From: Kudoa neothunni
Taxonomy: Eukaryota > Animalia > Cnidaria
Direction of reading: 5' to 3'
Length of the DNA stretch: 64,000 bases
Assembly (NCBI GenBank): GCA_964304625.1
Contig: OZ199839.1
Location: 4,529,376 to 4,593,375 of the forward strand
Positions 1-13,130 of the stretch are shown here, piece after piece. Under the pieces are notes generated by a model that had not been told where the DNA came from, ran no database searches, and worked only from the letters and a program-made list of their open reading frames with translations. The stretch's first letter is position 1. Each line of letters opens with the position of its first letter. The translations under genes were made by a program, and so were the position numbers.

Positions 1-470
1 AATAATTTTTCAAATTGTCGAGACCGCGATCTCGACGAGGAAGTGTAATGTTAGGGCGTGTTCTGAAAAATCAGCGACAGTGGATGGTGGGTGGAATTGA
101 CGAAGAAGGGAACTCCTTCCTAAAAATTTCTGAATATAGAAACAGGCACGTTCTTGAAAGAATAATAATCGATAACGTGGAAGATGGTTCAACAATATGG
201 ACGGGGGTGGATGGGTAGGATACAATAATTTAGAAAATTTAGGTTTTATGCATGGGAACCGTTATCCACAAAAGAATGTTTGTTTCAAGTGATGGGGTTC
301 GCACAAACAAAATAAAAGCGACTTGGGGTGCTTTAAAAGGAAGTATAGAAACGCCACAAATAATTATCCGGGAAGTTCGCCTGGGTATATAGCTGATTTT
401 CTGTTTAGAACAAAGTTTTCCGAAAAGGAAATTAGTGCTCTCTTTGTATATAATTTATGTTTTATTCACT
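1..470 (+). mobile_element. Merlin (IS1595/ISXO2-like) transposase fragment, frameshifted
   Basis: Translation gives GRVLKNQRQWMVGGID...RNRHVLERIIIDNVEDGSTIWT, then HTNKI..TWGCFKRKYR...YIADFLFR. These are typical DDE_Tnp_IS1595 motifs, and the same family occurs at 37700 and 40150. Confidence 0.8.
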
Positions 471-479
471 TTAAAAATA

Positions 480-1600
480 AGATGCGAAGTTTGCACAGAT
501 ACTGTAATTTAGCTGGAATTTTCTAGTTGTCTTCACAAATATCAGATTAAAATGTATCTGCATAATATTGATATTTGTTTACTTCAGATTGATAGCCAAT
601 TAAAATGAACTTTTACTCATTATATAGAAAAAATATCTCTTAATTATGGTATAGAATGTTCTAAAAATTGTACATATTCCTGTTCGGAGTACTTTTAAGA
701 CAAATAAAATTATTAACGTCACATTTACAAGAGTTGTCGCATTTCCCTTAAAATCTGAAGTATAAACAAGTTATTCGGTATGTATTTTTCCATTTCGAGC
801 GTTAGGATATAGTTAAGAAGAATAGATTATGATCACTTTGAATAAAACACATAATTTGAGATTAAAGTTGCGCTCCATTTAAATTCCTGAGATGTGAACA
901 TTTCTTTTTATCAAATATATCGATTGAGATTGAAACTATATTCGTCTTTTGGATAAGTTTTTACTCATTTTGTGGTTTTCCTAGACTTTCTTGCAAAACA
1001 GCTGACATAACTAATTCAATAAGTTTTTGTATTTGATGAGATAATTTTTTATATAATGTTTAAGTTCTTAGTTACCTAGTTATTCCCTATCCCCAAACCT
1101 TAAGATTAATATTCAAATCAATATACTGTTTTCTTTAGGCTTACATTAATTCACTATAATATAAAAGCTGCATAAAAATATGCGACACCGCATTCTATAT
1201 GTAATTTAAGAATTTATATTCAAGATTACTTTTGCCCAAAATATTGTCCCTTCGCAGTACATATCATGTAAATTAATAAGAAATTATTAATCTATTCGAT
1301 CTGACCGATATTTTCACAAAGTTTTTGTTAATCTAAGAATAGTTCAATACGACGAGATTTTTTTAAAGCAATCAAACAGTACGTTAATTTTTAAAAGGGT
1401 GCATTCGTTCAAGAAAACCAGTTGATGTTTAAGCGTATTTTGCTAATTAAATGTGTATATTTTTGAACCAGTAAATATTCTTGATGGAAAGCAAAGTTGG
1501 ATTTATTTATAAATCGGGAAATTTTGTTGCAATACTGAATACGTAAGTTATCGTTCGCAGCTTTTTAAACATCGTTGGCATCATTATAAAATTGCGAAAA
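480..1600. repeat. Dispersed duplicated segment, copy 1 (decayed unknown coding sequence on minus strand)
   Basis: Colinear with 19950-21214. Both copies share e.g. CCTGTTCGGAGTACTTTTAAGACAAATAAAATTATTAACGTCACATTTACAAGAGTTGTC and TTCTTTTTATCAAATATATCGATTGAGATTGAAA. Confidence 0.9.
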
Positions 1601-1719
1601 CAGGGGGTAACAATTAATATTTTTATTTCCGACGCACCTCTATTTATATTTGAATGGAAAGTGTGCACATAATTTCGTTTATCTAAATCATCACATTGCA
1701 AAAATAATAAAAAGCTTTA

Positions 1720-1962
1720 AAATGCATAAATTAAATTGAAAAATAAAATTTACGGGGTTTAAAGTGCTAATTAGATTAACTCTTCTGTAAAATTTCTCCA
1801 TTCAAAAATAAAATTAAAGTTAAAATTTTCCATCACACTGCATCAGTCCAAACTGGGCATTAACATTATTTACTTAAAAATCAAAAAGGCTTTAGCCTGC
1901 GACAGGTGTTAACCTATTTGGATGGGAAAGGAAACTTTTGCGAAGGGGGGCTTTTGCGCTAG
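1720..1962 (+). mobile_element. Helitron 3' end (family A)
   Basis: Subterminal hairpin GCGAAGGGGGGCTTTTGC followed by CTAG|T at 1959-1963. Homologous to the reverse complement of 58766-59000. Confidence 0.7.
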
Positions 1963-2284
1963 TATTTATTAAATTTACCTCCTTATTTTTTCGTCAAACT
2001 ATGCTTAAGTTACAGATAAATAATCATAGCTCCTATATATAAAAATACATTTAAAATACTCCTAAACAACAAGAAAATAGAATGTTAATGATTCAAATAT
2101 ATCGTACAAATACATTTTGAGTGGAGCTTACAACAAGGAGAAGAACAGATGTCACATCTCATTGTTGTCTTTCTGTCTTTTTTTCTTATCACAATCTTAT
2201 TCGTTGCCGGCCCAAATTGATGAGATTCTGCGGTATGTACGCGAATTAGAAAGCGAATTTACCATCTAACAAAAATAACCATCC

Positions 2285-3004
2285 ATGCAAACTTTAAAAA
2301 TATCAGATGATCCAATGTTTAATAAACTTTTAAGTTGTTACTCACCATATAATGCGGAAAAAATTATGGATAATTATAAACTTGAAGAGTTTATCTTAAT
2401 ATGGGAACTTAATTCCAATTACTTTGTCCAACTGTTGTCTAACTCTGCTATAGTTACTAAAACTAACGGATCATTGATTTGTGACTGTCCCCTTTTCAAT
2501 CAACATAAACTACCGTGTGTCCATCTATTAAATTTGATCGAAATACACATCATAAAAATTGATTCACTTATTATTCCACTATGGGCTCTTACAAATTTTC
2601 CTCTGCAAACTTCGTTGGACTCCTTTTCAAAACAAGACACTGATACAGTGAAAGATACTTCATCTGATACAATTATTAATGCTGAAGAACTGAATGAATC
2701 GATTACTGCTTATGAGGAATGTGAGACAACCGACAAAAATAACTTTAACAATAAAAAAGAACTGGCGGACAAACTGTTACGTACATTAAATGCACTTGGA
2801 GGAAATGAGTATTCCGGTTTATTCAAAGACATTACCTCATTATTGCAAAAATATGAAATAAACAGAATGTTTTTTTATGAAAATGCCGCTGAAGACGTTG
2901 GAGGATTGTCTCATTTTATCGTTAAAGTTAAAACCAAGGTAGGCCGTAGGCCTAAGGAAAAAACAAATTATGTGAAGTTAAAAAATAATTTTATTAAAGA
3001 TTAA
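2285..3004 (+). mobile_element. MULE-type transposase C-terminal fragment with SWIM zinc finger
   Basis: CDCPLFNQHKLPCVH (CxC-x-CxH SWIM motif) and C-terminal KVGRRPK basic motif. The N-terminal DDE part is absent. Confidence 0.65.
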
Positions 3005-3139
3005 CTACGCATGAAAAAATATATTGTTTTGGCATTAGTGATTTTTGCTTTATTATTTGCAACATAACGCGAAAAATAAAAAAAATAAAAATAATCCTTT
3101 AATCCTTCGCGCACGCACCAATGTTGTAACAGGAGACAC

Positions 3140-3506
3140 TATCTTAAATTCTACTTTTTACAATTTTTAAAAATATTTTTGTCAATATTAATGGGATACG
3201 CAGCTGTTTGGAGGAAGAATGTATAAAAATATGTGGGATAAAGGGGTATCGATTTAAGCAATACAAGTTAATCGTCCCAAATTATCACTGCTTTACAGAG
3301 TTTTTGCTATGTTTATGATCTCCCTAAAATGATCTTAATTTTAAATGCGCTCATCACAGACGTTTAGAGTATGATATTTAAAAAAACTTCATTTGATTAC
3401 TTCTCTGAGTTAATTGGACGTATTCATACATATTTTAATTTTTTAAAACAAGTCCTTCTACGATGAAGTATTCTCAATCACGTTCAAGCCGGGTGGTTCG
3501 CGCTAG
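3140..3506 (+). mobile_element. Non-autonomous Helitron 3' portion (family B)
   Basis: Ends GCCGGGTGGTTCGCG-CTAG|T at 3503-3507. Colinear with the reverse complement of 41562-41900. Confidence 0.65.
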
Positions 3507-4343
3507 TTTCCACTATAAAATTTTATTTGTCATACAATGAATATTGTAATAAGTAATATTAGAAATCCAATAAGGTATTTTTTAGTTTAAAGTTAATAAA
3601 AGTATTTCCTATGAAAGGTATGCCTAATGTTCACAATATATGTAATTATAAAATTAAGTCTAAGTGTAAAGTTGTTCACGCACACATCAATAATACTTAA
3701 CTGATGTATGGATATTTATTTTTTGTAATATTTGCAATAATTATCATTATGTGCAAAAATATTTTTGTTTTCTGTAAATGTTATGGATTTATGACTTTAA
3801 AACGTGATCAAAAAGGTTATTATCATAACAAAAAGAAAGTCAATGGGGTGAAAAGGTTGGTAACCACTGATTTAGAAGATTCACCTATCGCGTGTGTAGA
3901 TTACATTTTCATCTTGAAATACAGTAATATCCAGCTTTAAAATTTTCATACTACGCGTGCGCCTTTTCACTTGTATGAGTAAAGTTATGACACTTAGTTC
4001 GAAGCTATGGTCATTATTGGTATGTCCCTTAAGTAAATCAAAGTTAAGGTGAAATCCAACTTTTATGGTATCATTTATTCAACTATCCTAGATACGACTC
4101 TAAACGAAATAAACTCCATAGTACTGAATTGGGGGTTGTATATCAAGTTTACGACAAGGATGGCATCCCTAATCTTGTGCCATTCCTTGCAAAATTGAAT
4201 GTGGGATCTACCAAAGATGCGAAAGTTTGATGTTTATTTTTACAATCAAAGATGCATTAACAATATGTATAATTTATATTTCTTTCCTCATCAAATATTT
4301 ATTTTTATTTAGCATGTTCATATTTTTAAATTTTGTAAAAATA

Positions 4344-4480
4344 TAGGATTTCTCAATTGAACTCGACGAATTTTTGGTTCAAACCAAAATTCGTACTGGA
4401 ATATTAAAATCTCTATAAATAAATGTTTTTTTTATTTTAAAAGACATACTCCAGCGGAAAACATATATATTTACACTTTA
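4344..4480 (+). mobile_element. Orphan left end of a Tc1/IS630-type MITE
   Basis: TATAGGATTTCTCAATTGAA...CCAAAATTCG...AAAACATATATA closely matches the left end of the element at 48048-49303. Confidence 0.7.
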
Positions 4481-5095
4481 TTATTATAGGGTTTTTTAGC
4501 TTTATCGCCAATTTGTTAAGCATTATCGTCAGTGTATCAAGTTTTGACGACGCCGTTAAATTATATTACTAAATTAGCCATATATGCACAAGAATTTTCC
4601 CGTATTATGTTTACTTTTTGTAAAAATAATAAGAAATATTTTTATCTATTTTTCTAAATTTTAATTAAACTTCCACCTCAAACAGAGTCATATTAACGAA
4701 CCACTAGATTGTAGTTTGCACAAATTATTTTTATCTGATAATATACTTAGTCCAAATTTGACCACGAGTTTATTAGCTAATCTCGTTATTTAAAATAAAG
4801 AAATGTAAAAATTAGAGCAGTGTGAAAAATACTGAGGTTAAACATGCGTAAACATTTCGTGTACACATTTATGGCCACGCGGTGATTGCATACTCGAGCT
4901 TCACTATAATATTGAAATCAAATTAATATCCTAAAGAATTAGATATGAGCGGTAAGATTTATAATAGTTTTAGAATTTAAATATTATCAATATATTTTAA
5001 TCAGACAACAGTGAAAATTCTCAAGTATCGCAACAACCAAAGATGTAACCAAGCTCTTAAACATTATGTAGTAATCCTGTTTATGATTCCCGTGG

Positions 5096-6511
5096 ATGTT
5101 TATAAAATGGCGGATCCTTCATATAGCGCGTCTGCCGCAGCCGTTACAAAAGATAAAAAGAAAAACTATAACCGATAAAATGAGATTGGATATCATTAAC
5201 CTCTCAAAAACTGGTGCGACAAACACGTATGTTTCCAAACATTTTGGGATTCCTCGCAGCACAGTGGTCTCAATAGTGTCTGCAAACTTGAAGCATGGCA
5301 AAACCAAGTCCTCAAAAAGAGGTGTCGACTTTTCGACGATATTAAACATGGATCAAAAGTTATTAATCAAAGGTCGGGTGGATGAAGATGCTACTATTAC
5401 ACTCAAAGCTCTTCGCCTTGAGTTGATCGACGAATGTGGCGTCTCAGTGAGTATCAGCACCATTAATCGATGTTTGAACGAGTTTCATTACTCATTTAAA
5501 TCCGTAACTTTGGTCCCTGAGAGAAGGAATTGTGCTAATACATTGGAACAGCGTCTAGCGTACGCACAAAGTTTTAATTCCAATCTCCTTGAAATTTCGC
5601 GCCAAAAATGCAAAAAAAAGGGGAAACTCTAGTAAGAAATAAACAAGACAATCTACTCTAATCACGAGGTGGTTTATATAGGGTGAGGGGCTGGTGATTC
5701 CGAGCTTTTCCGGGTCTCCAAAATGGTCGGGCGCGCCTCCGCCTCTGAACGAAACGGGATTCTCCTACGTTCGGCTTAGACCCAAAAGCTCCGTAAGCAT
5801 TTCGTAGGTCTAAGACTAGAGCTGTCGTGGTGGAGAACCCGGGGTCAAACACGGCTTGGATTCTGAGGGGAATAGTTTGTAAGTGCTGACCCCGCGGTCG
5901 CCCGAATGTTTCCCGCGCTAAACTGGAGAAGTCCGAGACCCAACAAAATTGAGGACAAAAACTTCATTTTTATTGATGAGGTAGGGTTTAGTGTTTCCAG
6001 TAGGACAAAGCTGGGTCGGTCATTGATTGGGACGTCGGCTTATGTTCCAGCTGGCAGCGTTAGGAGTAGGAACATCTCCGTAATAGCTTCAATGAACAAA
6101 TATGGTATGGTCTTCCACAAGATAAATAACCGACCAGTTAATGGAGAAGATTTCAAGAACTATCTCCATGAACTCATATTAACATGCAATTCTATGGAAA
6201 TTGAAAATCCTTGCTTTATTTTAGATAATGCGCGAATACACCATTATCACGGTGTGAAAGACTACATCCAGTCGACGGGGTTAAACGTACTCTACCTGCC
6301 TCCTTACTCCCCATTCCTCAACCCGATCGAAAGCGCCTTTAGCAAATGGAAAAATTTCGTCATACGAGGTCAGGCAAGGAATGAGAGCGGCTTGTTGAAT
6401 CTTATTAATGACGGATTCAATTCGGTTACACCAGAGGATTGCAAGGGGTATTTTCGAATAATGCTCCGCTACATCTCTCTCTGCTTAAACAGAGAAATAA
6501 TTCTAGAATAA
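5096..6511 (+). pseudogene. DD34E transposase interrupted by a solo LTR
   Basis: HTH N-terminus, then FIDEVGF, LDNARIHH-(34 aa)-E and YLPPYSPFLNPIE. Removing 5597-5950 (354 nt) joins NLLEI/EDKNFIFIDE into one 353-aa ORF. Confidence 0.9.
5597..5945 (-). mobile_element. Solo LTR, family 1 (copy A)
   Basis: GC-rich 349 bp, near-identical to 48858-49227. 5-bp TSD AAATT at 5592-5596 and 5946-5950. On the minus strand it starts TGTTGGG and contains TATATAAA. Confidence 0.85.
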
Positions 6512-6697
6512 AAAATATAAAATAATTATTGTTATATTTTGAACTATTTATTTTTTTGTATTGATTGCATGAATATAGAATAAAACCTATTTCTATATGG
6601 TTAATTTAGTAATATAATTTAATAGCGTCGTTAAAGCTTGATAAACTGACGTTATTGCTTGACAAATTGGCGATAAAGCTCGAAAACCCCTATAATA

Positions 6698-8133
6698 ACT
6701 TTGATAGTATACTTTCCCAGTTTTAAGACCGAACTATACTCATCAACTGCATCACGATTAAAGAAACATTTAAGTTTTTGAATTGATTCGATAATTTCCT
6801 TTAAAGAAATATTTTCGACTGGTAAATCTTGGTATATATCGTCATCATGTTGTTCTTCTATCTTTTCTATGCTTTGCTGTACGTTATCTGAATCATCAAT
6901 ATCCATTTGAAAATTATTGTTCTCTTCCAAAATCGTTTCGTCGATTTCCATATCAATTTCTGTCATTTCATGGAGGGTAATTTCATTATTGACGTCGTTA
7001 TCGTTAGCGGATGAAAACCCAGCTTTTTAAAACAATTTTCTATGGTCTTACTGCTTACAGACTGCCACGCCTCTTTAGTTAGAAACATAACTTCCAGAAG
7101 ATCGGGAGGAATTGGGAGAGAGTCAGCTTCTGTGAATGCAATAAATTTTTCTATAATTGCTCTTTTGTATGACGCTTTGAACGAATGGGTAATACCCTGG
7201 TCTAAAGGCTGCAAAACACTTGTCGTGTTTTGAGGAAGGAAGATCATTTTTATGACTTAAATCCATGTGAAAATGCGAAGTCGCATTGTCGAGAAATAAA
7301 ACAACTTATTCAAGCCAGTCATATATTTTACAAATATATCACCAGTCATCCATGCTTTTTTTCTGCATGCATACTTTAGAGGAAGATTTTGTAAATTTTT
7401 GAAGTATCTCAGCTTAGCAGAATGCCAATAATCAGAGGATCGAGTTTCTCACCGGACATAGAAACACCAAAAAGGACAGTTATTCTTTTTTTACTCTTTT
7501 TGATTCGGTTATAAGCATTCTCTTTAGTTGTGACCTAGCGTTTACCTAAAACTATGATTAATATATAAATAAACATTCTAACTCGCTGTTGCTGATAGTA
7601 CAACCCAGTTTCGTCGATATTAAAAATACAGTCGGGCGAGTAGTCCTTTATTATATCTAATAACAACGGATCCATTTTTCGACTGTTTCGCTGTCAACGA
7701 AGCAAAAATCAACATGAAAGTTTTGTCTTTTTAGATTGAATCTTGATTTAAAACCTTTAAACCATCTATGTGTTAATGAATCCACACAGGAATTATTTGA
7801 GCCCAATTATCTCTTTTTATTAATAATATCCATGGAAGTTAACTTTATTTTTCTCGAACACATCAAATTAATCCATTCGAAAATTTCAGAATCAGGCTTT
7901 TTGTTGATACCACGCTTCAAATTTTACCTTTTCGATGAAGCTAACCCCACTTTCATAAGTAGTCACAATTTCTTCCTTCTTATTAAAGAATGCCATCCTA
8001 TGTTGAAATTGTAGGAAGTTTAAAATGTCGAATAGTTTGCGGCTTTCGCTCCCTCCTTAGGCAAGTTTTCAAAAAATTCGATTATTTAAAATTTTTCTTT
8101 AATAGTTCTGCGCTTATTATTTCTTGTCGCCAT
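6698..8133 (-). mobile_element. pogo/Tigger transposase pseudogene with intron
   Basis: Motifs DETGLYYQ, KKSKKRITVLFGVSMSGEKL, LDNATSH, FLPQNTTSVLQPLDQGI. Frameshifted. 37-nt GT-AG intron at 7546-7582. Confidence 0.85.
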
Positions 8134-8259
8134 CTGAAGACTACGAAAAATCTGCAATGATTTATTTTTCGTATTTTCATAATTTTTTATTTATTTTTAA
8201 ACTTTTTTAAATTGAATTTTAATATGATATTTTAACGCTGATCTTTACTTTTGCAGAAA

Positions 8260-9610
8260 GTTTCAGAGTAATTGAGAAACAAGAAGTTTAAAAGTACGAA
8301 AAATCGATTGCCTACTGTAGTTGCTTTTAGAGGAAAATGTCCCTTTAAAACAATATATGCCGTCAAAGCCACCAGTAGATGGAATAAAGTTTTTTCTCCT
8401 TACCGATCCCGAGACAAAGTACACTCACAATATTTCGGTATATTTGGGTAAAAATAACAATGAGAGGTCAAAAAATGCTGGAGAAAACATTGTTCTAAAT
8501 CTTGTTTCAGAATTAAAGGGAAAGTGGAAGAAATATCATCTGCGATAATTTCTTTACCCCTGTTCCCCTTGCCCAAAAAACTCCTAACATGGGAAATGAC
8601 AATAACTGGAACAATCCGTAATAATAAACGAGATATTTCGGATTATCTAAAAAAAGAATTCAGAGCGTGAGGTTTTCAGTACATGTTTTTTGTGTAATTA
8701 AAAACTAATGCTAACCTCTATGTTCCTATAAAATATAATGTAGTTTCACTGCTAACATCTCCTGTTTCAATAAGATGTTGAAGATAGTGAACGAAAAAAA
8801 CCCATGGTTATCTTGGAATATAACTGTTATAAATGAGGGATGAACACGGTTGATCGTATTACTGCAACAACAAATGTAAAAAGGGTATACCAATCAATGA
8901 CCGACGGCAATATTCTTCAATATGGTTGATCTTGGTTTGATAAATGCGTTTTATCTTTATAAGACTATTTTCTGTGACCATAATTACTCAAGGGTTAAGT
9001 TTCTAGAAGAGCTCGTGGATAGTTTGGTGAAGGATTATATTCGGAGAGACACACATCGCATTGATCAAGGTTCTACTTGCATCCAAGAATTTCCTCGTCG
9101 CAAGAATAAATGTTGTTTTTGTTCAAGATCGCGTGATAGAAAAACGAGGATTATTTGTTGTTTGTGGGGCCAACTACTGTGAAAACCATTCAAAAATTAC
9201 ATGCATGTTATGTTATATTCTAATAAGAAAAACTAAAATATCATCAACACCTTGTATTTTGTCTATTTCGAAATTTTATATATTGCGGTTTCTATTGGCC
9301 GCCACTCTTAAGAAATTAATTGTGAGGGAAATTTTTTACACTGTTTTATTAATATGTAATTCAATTTTTATTTATTAAAACAACATCAAATGCAAAAGAT
9401 AGTTAAAATCGTTGAATTTTATGTTTATTTTAACGTTGTGAACTCCTTGGTATTTATCGTTATCAATCGGTACCATGATATTTGTTATATTTTTACATAT
9501 TTTAGTAAATTACTTATTTTATTTTTTTTCATAATTCAAGCTAAAAAATGTGGGGTCCATTGGACCCCAAAAAAGGAATGTGTAAAGTCGATTTTCAGAT
9601 GCTCAGAGGG
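8260..9610 (+). mobile_element. piggyBac element, 3' half, decayed
   Basis: KQYMPSKP..GIKF, ICDNFFT, Cys-rich C-terminus (CCFCSRSRDRKTRIICC). Ends ...CTCAGAGGG|TTAA at 9610, with subterminal palindrome GGGGTCCATTGGACCCC. Confidence 0.85.
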
Positions 9611-9614
9611 TTAA

Positions 9615-10429
9615 GAACTTTTGGGTTTCATCTGATGTATGTAAAACAATTTATTCGAAACGAAAATAACCATGTTTTGGAATCACTTACGAGGCGTTAA
9701 TTGATAGAACTGCGCAGTTTCATCGACACTATATATTTGATCCTCATAATTTTTAAGAATTTAAAGAAGTTGAGTGTTCTAATCTGTAATGATTCCTATA
9801 GATACCGTACTAGCTAGCTTCGGCATGGAAACTGATTTTTTTTAAGGTGAACCTATTTTTAAAGCTACGAAACCATCCGTAGCTAACATTTGTAAAATCA
9901 TTTCCAAAAGAATCAATCTCATTTCTTTTGTTAATTATTTCGATGGACGATAATTCGATACTTTTTGATCCCATCCAACCGAACCACTCACACACGTTGA
10001 TCAGCGTCGTCATCTTTTCCTTTCCGCATTGATCTTCGTTTAGCTAGAAACAATTGACTTTCAAATGCCTGTTTAATTTTAGCCTTTTATCTGAAATGCC
10101 ATTTAAAGTTGAAATAAAACCTATTTTGAAGTGTTTAATAATTCCCGTCTTTCTATTTAAGGGCGGTAAACTATCATAATATGTAATTATATTATATTTC
10201 TCTTGAAGCATTATGCATTTATGAATTATTCTTTGGGGCATTTAGAAATAATTACGAATTATCGGTTATTACACAAATTTTCAAACTTGTCATTTCACAA
10301 AGTAAAAAAAATAACTCTTATATTTAATTACGAATTCATAGTACATGTTATTTGATAAATTTAACCGGGTGATAAAGTTTTATAGAAAGTTACGAATTAT
10401 CGGTCCTACGAATTAATGGTCACCTACTG
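9615..10429 (-). mobile_element. pogo/Tigger 5' fragment
   Basis: TIR CAGTAGGTGACC (minus strand) with TA at 10430-10431. HTH-CENPB motif SYGWFRSFKNRFTLKKISFHAEAS. Truncated by the piggyBac. Confidence 0.75.
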
Positions 10430-11203
10430 TATTTCGAATTGATATCAACATAATAAATATTATAAAGGTAGCTAATTACATTGATGTTGATTTAAAAATG
10501 TTAGAGCGCTATTAGAATCTAAATGTATACATTTTTTGATATCATACCGATGGATTCTGTTCGACTATGGGGATTATCCTATAGAAGAGTCTTCAACAAA
10601 TAATGTATTGAAGGGAGGCATACATCGAATTTCTATTTTAAATCAAAAAGGGGAGACAACAAAATCCGTCATCAGCTTTAAAATATATTTATTTTTTATT
10701 AAAAATATGTTTTATAGTCCTTCGTATCCGAATAATCACAAGTTAATTAGGGAAGGGGCATCCCCATTTAATAATCTAAGATCAGATCATAATCTATTGT
10801 TGTATGCACGTATTATCGAGCCACACCGGAGAATGTAATCATCCAATGCTTGAGGGTTCATGCTCAAAGTTCACATTAAAACTTAATTAGATGTTCTATT
10901 ATGATCGTTATCTCCTTTAAAATATTATAACATAGTGGTACCTATCTATTGAAGACATTATATCCATTAATATACAAATAACATGGATAACGGTTTGTGG
11001 AGCGATGTAAATATACGATGGTAAATTAGCAGTGGTAGAAATCACATAACCTAATGTTTATTAAATACACACAATAAATATAACAACTAGATGGACCAAA
11101 AGAATATAACTGTTTAAAAAAAATTAAAAAGTCCAGAGGTAAAAAATGACTCCAGTTGGTTCATCGCGTAGGTTTTTTAAGTCGGTCCTTCGAAGGTTAT
11201 AAT

Positions 11204-13130
11204 TTGGGCCTGCAATTTTCGATTTAAATCGATAAACGTCGATTTTTTTAACATAATGCCTTGTTTACTTTTCGATTAAAATCGACATCATTCGCTGACT
11301 ATTTTTCACTTCCAATGGGCAGGAAAAGAAGATTTAAACAACAATTTAGTTTGCAGATTTTGTAAACTTAAGTTGCCTCTACAACAAAATAGAATAATGG
11401 AGCACATTAATTCGAAAAACATGTCTTTAGAGACATCGTCTGAAAATGTATCTCCAATCTCGAATATTTTTTTCAGGGATAAGGAGAATAACGAGCTAGA
11501 AACGGATCTGGTTTCGATTGTTGCATTTAATGAACTTCCTCTGTCCTTTCTTGATAGAAATAATAGGTATCGTGATGTCTTAGCAAAATATTATTATGCC
11601 AGCTGATCTTTGCCTAATGGAAGAACTTTGGTCGATAAATACCTGCCTATAATATATTTAACAAAATTCAAATATAATTAAAATTACTTTGAAGAACAAG
11701 AGATTCTCTTTAATAATTGACGAAAGTCCTGAATTTAAAAATAGACCGTTATTCAACATATTGGTTTGTTTTTATAATCCGGAGATTAATGATACGTCCA
11801 TATTGATGATCGTTTCGAAAGTCCTCACTGAAGGTAACTCTGTCATTGTTGCCGGCGTAGTTTCCGAGGCACTTCAGAAGAATGAATTATCTTGGCAAAA
11901 CTGTATGGCCATCGTATCGGACTCCGCTTCATATATGAAGAAATATTATGAGAATATGAAAATACTTCACGATCATATCTTAAGAATTCCATGTGTTTCC
12001 CATCTAATTCACAATGCGATACGAAAAGCGGTGGATGAGGAATTTTTAAACATACAAAAATTCTGCATAAAGTTTTCGGCTTTGTTATCCAAAAACCGGT
12101 AAGAAAAGGCTCGTTTTTACGGATCCTCGAGGGAAAAACATTAGATATGAAAAAGAAATCCCGCGCGTTATCGACATTCGTTGGTATAATCTATACAATT
12201 GTATCCAATATTGCCTAGATTACTTCGAAGGTATAAATGAGTCTTTGAAGTGAAAAAAGCGACGCGATCTCAAAATTGTCTGAGTTCATTAGGCTATCTA
12301 CTGAGGCAATAAAAGAACTATCAATTCATTTCAAATGCATATTGAAATGTCTCTCTCCGTTGTACGATTTCTCTATCAACATTGAATCCGATTGTTCCAT
12401 GGGGTTATCTAAACTCTACGGTTGGATACAATCAAATTACGCTATAACCGAAATCGATTTACTAAATAATTTTAAGGAAAGCATGTCAACATTCTCAAAT
12501 GATAAAAAAGTTAGAATAATAAATAAAGTGACAAGTTTTGTCAATGTTTTAATTTTACACCTATCCAACTTGGTAAATAAACAAACAGAAGGACGTTTTC
12601 CATCGGATAGTTTTTTAAAATCGATGAAAAACATTCATATCATTCAACTTGAGAACATTAAAGAAATTGATCCAAGGGGTTTTATCGAATTTGTTAGCGT
12701 CGAGCAAAGAGAAACTTTGCAACAAGAGTTGTTCGCATTTTCCCTCCATACAAATAATACGGTGATTGGTCCTGGATTTTGGAAAAAAACGAGCCAGAGT
12801 ATCCTGTATTGTCTAAGTTATGCCAAGATTTGGTCCATATACTTCTGTCATCGATAGCCGTAGAGAGAAGGTTCTCAAAGCTGAAGCATCTGTTCACAAA
12901 TGATAGAAGTAGTCTGACGAATGAGCGAATGATAATGTTGTCAACATTATACTTTAATGGAAAACTATATAAAAAATATTATATTTTTTGATTTTCGGTT
13001 TCATATTTCTTTTTCTTCTATTGATATTGGTTTCACAACAAATACCACGTGCGTGCGTGATTTTTTTAAATAAACGTCGATCTTAGTCGTTGAATTTTTT
13101 AAAAATAGTCATCGAAAATTGCATGCCTTA
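11204..13130 (+). mobile_element. hAT transposon, full length but decayed
   Basis: TIRs TTGGGCCTGCAATTTTCGAT / ATCGAAAATTGCATGCCTTA with perfect 8-bp TSD GTTATAAT. Transposase motifs FSLIIDES, VSDSASYM, CVSHLIH, RW, SSIAVERRFS. Confidence 0.92.

Larger units (their letters stand above)
4486..6693 (+). mobile_element. Tc1/IS630-like DD34E DNA transposon with ~100 bp TIRs
   Basis: The left TIR (TTATTATAGGGTTTTTTAGCTTTATCGCCAATTTG...) is the imperfect inverse of 6595-6698 (...CAAATTGGCGATAAAGCTCGAAAACCCCTATAATAA). TA-flanked and contains a transposase. Confidence 0.9.

Noticed and set aside
1-470. Bacterial IS1595/IS630 elements or bacterial contamination
   Set aside because: They are interleaved with spliceosomal-intron genes and eukaryote-specific TEs, so they are eukaryotic Merlin and Tc1-like relatives.
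1962-3506. SWIM fragment captured by a Helitron (lies between two Helitron 3' ends)
   Set aside because: The two ends belong to different families, and the second family-B copy (41562) lacks the SWIM sequence.
5740-5830. Possible hammerhead ribozyme in LTR family 1 (CTGAACGAAAC plus hairpins)
   Set aside because: No CUGANGA core with correctly placed GAAA and three stems on either strand by eye.
5658-5852. ORFs 5658-5852 and 48943-49416 sharing MFDPGFSTTTALVLDLR
   Set aside because: Incidental reading frames in two copies of the same GC-rich solo LTR. The frames differ because of an indel.
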